Positions 57,366-64,000 of a DNA stretch of 64,000 bases are shown here, in pieces; within the stretch, counting starts at the first letter, position 1; each line of letters opens with the position of its first letter. A model generated the notes under the pieces. It was not told where the DNA came from, did no database searches, and saw only the letters and a program-made list of their open reading frames with translations. The stretch is from Tubiluchus corallicola (Eukaryota > Animalia > Priapulida), in assembly GCA_030141605.1 (NCBI GenBank), contig JAQGDQ010000459.1, positions 118,668 through 182,667 of the forward strand, read 5' to 3'. Made by a program: the position numbers and the translations under genes.

Positions 57366-58987
57366 CGTAGCGAAATAAGCCCGTTTTCTGTAATAGCCAG
57401 TAGATGGGGACAACGTCTGCTTAGCAACGCTATGTTTATTAGTGTCCAGAGAACCAATACAATACAATGTACATAAAGAAATCACATATCGCACAAAGCA
57501 TCCCAACACTTGGGTACAGTCATCATAATTATTGAAAATGGCACAGTCTGTTGTTAAGGGGGATTTTACGATTCGTGCAGCGTCCATTTTCAGTAAGCAG
57601 GTTGTGTGAGTTTTGTAAAGTTTGCTCTTTTAACGGGATTCTCTATATTTTTCTTCTACGAATTCGTTTCTAAATTTGAAACAAGTTCGCAAGCTGTCAA
57701 TATTTTTACCAGTTTCTTGGGTGAAATTTTCTTTCCAGGAATTTGCATAGTTGGTTTGCAGTTTTGATTTCAATCAGTCAATCAATTTATTTCACTCCAG
57801 CAATACATATACAACATCAACATACAATATGATTGAAAAAAAGAAACAGTATAAGTACAAAAACGTTGATGAAGTCAAATTAACCAAATAAAAGAGTTGC
57901 TGTATGACACCTTGAAAGCTTGGCTTGTTAAGGTGGCACAAATGAATGAATGAAAAAATGGTTAGAGTTAGTAGACATGATGGAATGGAAAAAATACTAA
58001 GATTGGGGAGAGTAAGAAGGAAAAGAGGAGAAGAAACGACCACAGTGTATGTTTAATTTACATAGAGGTATATTAAAATAGCATTATAATTGCTATTAGA
58101 TTTCAGTAAATTAGTGAATTTTTGATCCTAACGGACTCACGTGACTCACGTGAATGTTTGTTAATCAACATTTTCTTGTACAAAACCATTGCATATTCTT
58201 AAATTATAAATGTTTTAACTGCCTTTAAAACCGGGTAGATGAATGAACAATTTCAGTGTGAATTAACCGTGTCACAAAATCTCGTTATTCAATATCAGCC
58301 CTAATCGTGACTCGGCGTTAAACCCTCCATTTACATAAATATTAAAAAATTCGCCTCGAAATTTTATATCACTTACATACTAACTTTTTGCATACATGGC
58401 TTGCTTCGGCAGTAACGCTGTATAAAACATGTAAATTTAAATTCCCGCGATGACCGTTAGACTCGGCCAGTTTTTTGGTTAAGTCGTTTTTAACAAGGTT
58501 AGATAACACTGAGGAAAGTTTGAAAAAACAATCAGAGCATTCGTAGCGCACACGTCACTAACTAAGTGAAATTTAATTTACGTTTCTTATCAATAAGATT
58601 AAAAATACGTTTTTGGTTACTAAGTGGCGCACCCTGGAGGGTGAGTCAGCGACATTTTACCAATTGACACAAACATTTTAAATTATTATTTCTAGTTACA
58701 TAAGTCTTTCCAGCAGGTAAACGGAAAGCTAAGTAATGTAGATTTGCATGGAAAGTTTTAGGGACATAGTTTAACATTTCCTTTTCTTCCCCTGATTTAC
58801 GTTGTGCGTATATGACGTCATGTAATGGCGCCGCCGGATCAGTATTGCGAGTGATTTGAATTGAAAACAAACAAAAAATCCGTTTAACGCGAGCACGATA
58901 TACTCATAAAATTGCTGTAAAAGTTATCTCTAAGGCGATTTTTCGGAAACCTACTGCAGGAACCTCTTTTCTTGTTCTTTAATTCAC

Positions 58988-59509
58988 TCAATGTTTCTTA
59001 TGCTTTTCACTTTCAACAGCACACACTCGATCATTCAATCCGTTTTGCTTATCATCAATATTGTACTTATTCTCCAGGAGAGTGTCTAGCAAACCGGTTG
59101 TTAATTCATCATTGTCTCCTAGGTACAAGGCGAAATCTTCTATTAGATCAAGCTGTTCTTGTGTCAACGCGTTAGGAATACAGAGTTCCTCTTCTTGTTC
59201 TTCGTCGCAATACGTGTAATTGACTTGTGTGAGCGCGGTCAGCGCCGTCAATACGTTGTCCAATTCGCTCTCGTCCTGATTATACAAGCTAGTCAAACTT
59301 TCTGTCAGATGATCAGCAACAACAAAGTCTTGTTCCTCTTCGTAATCTATTTCTCTGAGTTGAGTCAACACGCTGCTCATCACTCTGCCAAATATGTTCA
59401 ATTTTCCGACAGCTCTTTCCTCCCTCGTGTGGTCTGCGTCTGCCAGCAGCACGTAACATAAACTAAACAGCACCATCAGCACCAGAGACAAAGCAATTTT
59501 TCTTTCCAT
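58988..59509 (-). CDS. Single-exon acidic secreted protein of unknown family, 173 aa
   Basis: Non-repetitive ORF with a strong signal peptide (MERKIALSLVLMVLFSLCYVLLADA), a D/E-rich mature region, an NYT sequon and 3 mature Cys. TATA-like cataaataa ~100 bp upstream. Confidence 0.78.
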   Translation of the reverse strand: MERKIALSLVLMVLFSLCYVLLADADHTREERAVGKLNIFGRVMSSVLTQLREIDYEEEQDFVVADHLTESLTSLYNQDESELDNVLTALTALTQVNYTYCDEEQEEELCIPNALTQEQLDLIEDFALYLGDNDELTTGLLDTLLENKYNIDDKQNGLNDRVCAVESEKHKKH

Positions 59510-59646
59510 GTCGTCAGTAGATGATATGAAATTTCGTTCAAACTTGTTGTACTTTCGTACAGGTGACCAAGTTTGAGTTAGAATGACTTTGCAAATCAAA
59601 GCTCAATTATTTATGAAGCGCCCTCGCACAGGTGACAATAACCCTA

Positions 59647-60713
59647 ACGTGGCGTAGCCAGGTTTTAAACCTAGAGGGAGCAAGAAACATGCGCCGTGAC
59701 ACGTGAAGCATTTATACGTTTGTTCATGTCACAGTAGCTGGTATCAGCACGTGACAGGAATATATTATAATCTTACTTTTGTATAACTAATAGGATGATG
59801 TACATTGATAATTGTTTCTGGTATCGCTTCTGTACTCTGTGAACTCTGTATATTAGAATTTTAAGTGTTAACTAATGGATTACTTGTGTTTTTGAACTAA
59901 CAATCTATATTATATTACAAGAATATATTATAATTATACTTTTGTGTAACTAATAGGATGATGTACATTGATAATTGTTTCTGGTATCACATGTGTACTC
60001 TGTGAACTTTGTATATTTCAATTTAAAGTGTTAGCTAATGAATTACTTGTGCTTCTGAATCAACTATCTATATTATATTACAAGAATATACTATAATCTT
60101 ACTTTTTTATAACTAATAGGATGATGTACATTGATAATTGTTTCTGGTATCGCTTCTGTACTCTGTGAGCTTTGTATATTTCAATTTTAAGTGTTAACTA
60201 ATGAATTACTTGTGTTTTTGAACTAACTATCTATATTATATTACAAGAATATATTATAATAATACTTTTGTACAACTAATAGGATGATGTACATTGATAA
60301 TTGTTTCTGGTATCACATCTGTACTCTGTGGTCTTTGTATATTTCAATTTTAAGTGTTAGCTAATGAATTACTTCTGTTTTTGAACTAAATATCTATGTA
60401 ACTATATTCTTGATAACCAGTTGTATGTATCTGTTCTCAACTAAAGTATATTTGTTAGACAGTAGAAAAACTCCGATCAGTAATATTACTATCTGTCAAT
60501 CCACTTAAAATAAACAAAGTTTATGTATGCTAGATTTGGAGCAATTGCATCCTTGGTTCAGTCAATCAACCTTGACAAATGAGTTGCTTAAATACACCCC
60601 CATTTTTAAAAAAAAATCAACGCAGGGAGGTTGGTCGAATAAAGCAATAAGGCAGGGTGTTGAAAGGAACGAGAAGTTGCTCCCTCTGCTCTCCTGTTAT
60701 AGGTAAGCCACTG
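59647..60713. mobile_element. hAT-like element containing a 163-bp x4 tandem array (~59757-60400)
   Basis: Ends gtggcgtagcc..agagggagcaa / ttgctccctct..ggtaagccactg. taggatg recurs at 59791, 59954, 60117 and 60280. No TSD recognisable. Confidence 0.6.
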
Positions 60714-63121
60714 CGCGGAAATATAAGCTTGATCAGACGAAAGATAAGGTTTTAGCAGAGAGCGACCTGTTTTAATATTCTAGAAGCGTTGAACACTTTT
60801 AATTAATAACAAATATTTTCAATTGACGTACTGATACAAGTGACAGTAACATTAACCCGGAAATATCGGGTGGCCCAGAAAGAATGTGTCAAAGTTTAGA
60901 CTACAATGGCAATGAAAGCGAATCTGTCTACAAAGTTAAAATCTCGCAACATGATATTGGAATATATCTGTGTTTGGCAGTGAAAGTTACAAGTTTATAG
61001 TTTTAGAGATTGTTATGTTATGGTTAAAAAAACATTTATGCGTTAAAAAATAAAATAGTTAACAGAAGCCGAATAGGTAATGATTAAGCAGTCCAGTGAA
61101 GAAATTGATACAGTAAATTGTGCACTAATTATGTATTTACAAAAAGCGAAATAGATGATGAATATGCAGACCAGTAGAAGAGAAATTGATACAGTAAATT
61201 ATGCACTAATTATGTATTTAACAGATGCCAAAAGATAATGATTAAACAGACCAGTAGAAAAGAAATTGATACACTAAATTATGAACTAATTATGTATTTA
61301 CAAAAAGCAAATAGGTAATGAATAAGCAGACCAGTAGAAAAGAAATTGATACAGTAAATTATGAACTAATTATGTATTTACAAAAAAGCCAAATAGTTAA
61401 CGAATAAGCAGACTTGAAGAAAAAAAATTAATACAGTAACGAATAGCTAGGTGTTTGATAGTGAAGTTAAAGGCATTGAACTGCTTTGTACATTAAGAGA
61501 AGGATTTTTAGAGTACATGTAGATAAGCTAACATTAAATTTTATTGGTGTTTATACAAAACCATCTGTAACTTTGACGTTATTTTCTTCTTAAAACATCG
61601 TGATCAAAATTTGGGAACGTTTTTTTACTCCACCTGTCATGAGATTGTAATAAGCCTTTTCACAGTTTCGTTGTGTGCACGCGCAGTTACCGTAGCTTAA
61701 AGTTTGCGCGTACCACAGCAACGCGTTTTAGCTGCAACAACCACATGACATGTGTGTAAAGCAAAGCTGTCTGGTACATCAGTTCAGCAACTTCAGTTGC
61801 TTTACATGGACTTTACTTAATTATGCATTACTAATTTGCATGGAGTGATTTACTAGCAGGATTTTGCTTGAAAACAAGAAAAAATGAAGTAGTCATGGTT
61901 CTAGCTAGATGTTAAAACTGTTACTGTTATAATAGTTTGGGCTGCGAGGCGTTGTCAAGTGTACACAAATGGGTTGTCTGACATGCTTAAACTTTGTCCT
62001 TTTCACGATCGTCATTAATCGCTGGAACAGTGAAAACGCCTATTCATCAACGCCAAATACGTCAATACTTTGCTTTCCATACAAGGAACCATTATAAAAG
62101 CACGTCAGCTACTTTCATTTTTAACAAGTGGAAATAAATTGAAATGTTCGTCACGCCTCCGATACCCTATGTTAACACTCAACTTCTAACATTATAGATG
62201 CATTTCCGCGTCTTAACTTTGATTAAAAAGGTTAATATTATTCTGTGCACAAATCGCGATGCGTCCAGTTTCAGGTTCGTACGGCAGGTGTCGGAAATAC
62301 ATTTCCGATGTAGCAAATTAAGTATTCGCCCCATGTAAATAACTGTAGAAAGTACCTACCAACGTATGTACATAGTTAGTTTTGTAGTTCTATTGTTCAA
62401 GTATAGAAATAGAAAATATTACCAGAACGAGCACAAAAGTTTTTACACAAATGAAAATTTTCTTTCTAATTTTTTTTGTACATTAGATGTAAGAGGTAAT
62501 GCTAGCGATGAACAAATACGGACTACAAATTTTATTAAAGAAGTTATATGGGCTCTAGAACGTAATTGTTTTGATTTTTTTGACAGGAATGAGTTTGTAC
62601 GCCATACTAACATATCTTACTCTCACTTGATTGTACATATTCACATCTTTTATATTAATATTCTTGGTATGGGCTTTATAAACTCTACCTTGCTGACGGC
62701 ATCTTCTCGTTTAGAGAGCTGTTCTGAAACGACAGTCTCATAAACAGCAGTGTAATCTGACCTTTTTCCCGAACTGCAAAACAAGATTCAAATAATAGAA
62801 AAAATAACACATAAGGGAATACAACTCAGTAACTATGATTATTTATTGCTTTGATCAGTGAACCAGTTTCTTCCTAAGTGAGCATTGCCATATATAGACA
62901 ATAATTAATAATAATAATTTATTAGCCTCAATTCATAAAAATGCTTTAGGGCTCTACAATTAATAATTGATAAAAGAGAGAGTAAAAATACATCATGAAT
63001 GGACTTAAAATTATACATTACAATAAAACTAGTCGCACAGACAAATAATGCATACAATACGATTATACAAATAAAATTTAAGATATAATGTAAATCCAAT
63101 TAAATTAATTTTATTATATAA

Positions 63122-63560
63122 TTAAAGGTTAAAAGCATTTTGAATCAAGTTCATTGAATTTGCTAAACGCAAACTACATTGTCGAATATACTGGGAAATT
63201 AACTCATGAAGATAACAAGGAGTTATATGCACACATGTATAAACAAGAAGTAATATTTTAATGTTGTATTTAATCGAGTATTTAATCAGAAGCCAGTGAA
63301 GATCAAACAAAATTGGTGTTATAAGAACAAATTTCTTTGTTTTGGTTACAATGCGAGCTGCACCGTTTTGTACACGTTGCAATTTAGCAGGCATGCATAC
63401 CAAAGAGAAGAGAATTACAATAATCTAAGCGCATTGTAGTAAATGTTCTGTGGTACTTCTATCTAAAAAATATCTCGCCTTACTGATGTTTTTGAGATGA
63501 AAGACAGCGCTAGATACGTGATTGAAAGGTACTTTCTAGTTCAATTATAAATGAAAACAT
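63122..63560 (-). mobile_element. L2/CR1-like LINE ORF2 fragment
   Basis: KLQRVQNGAARIV...ITPILFDLHWL motif, with upstream LDYCNSL-like remnants. Confidence 0.75.
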
Positions 63561-64000
63561 AATTGTAAGGTCTTTTTGTTTCCCTTGCTAACAGCTTTTC
63601 TTAGAAATACCCCCCCCCCCCGGAAAATCATAACATTTAACTATAGTATTGCTCCTTTTGCAGAAAAAACGTGTTTATAAAAATATGTTCTACTTGTTAT
63701 TGACATGCTCTTCCTCTGTTCAATTTCTTCGTCATGTTTATTTCCTATCAATTTGGGATCCACTTAACCTGCACTTGCTTATTTAAACTGATCTAGACCG
63801 CTACTCATCCACTTATAGAACTGTTTTCTCTTATGTGCGAAATCATAAACAGTAGCCTCTATTTTTATCGCACTTTCATCAATATAAAATTGCATATTTT
63901 GATGTGTTTGCAGTTACCAATACCGCATAAATTACTCAACGGACAATGCTATTCAGACCTGTTACTTTTGGGCTTTCGTGGTACAACATACAATACAACT

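Noticed and set aside
59510-59599. 30-aa N-terminal extension in the ORF track
   Set aside because: It starts at a non-ATG codon; the ATG at 59509 directly opens a signal peptide.
62366-62743. 125-aa plus-strand ORF
   Set aside because: AT-rich with no recognisable motif or splice context; probably antisense to decayed retroelement sequence.

Overview
AT-rich, intron-containing animal DNA (probably a marine invertebrate; the taxon cannot be fixed from sequence alone), dense in microsatellites, minisatellites and transposon remnants. I hand-spliced five host genes using splice sites and reading-frame continuity. (1) A secreted pentraxin/LamG-fold protein (-, 5524-14549) that lacks the Ca2+-binding loop and ends in a Pro/Arg/His-rich tail. 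(2) A GMC (glucose-dehydrogenase-like) FAD oxidoreductase (-, 24136-31761) with a GC-AG intron, an altered second active-site residue and one unresolved junction. (3) An SH2D4-like single-SH2 adaptor (+, 38932-49156). (4) A 100-aa secreted precursor with dibasic sites (-, 52801-53867). (5) A single-exon acidic secreted protein (-, 58988-59509). The most notable mobile elements are a complete, TSD-flanked 5S-rRNA-headed SINE with an RTE-like 5'UTR body and RTE-like 3' tail (two copies, with a possible HDV-like ribozyme remnant), Penelope-type minimal hammerhead motifs, and a LINE hosting nested insertions. In three places, minisatellites are built from copies of real exon-intron junctions. All gene models and family assignments come from manual reading and need RNA-seq and database confirmation.
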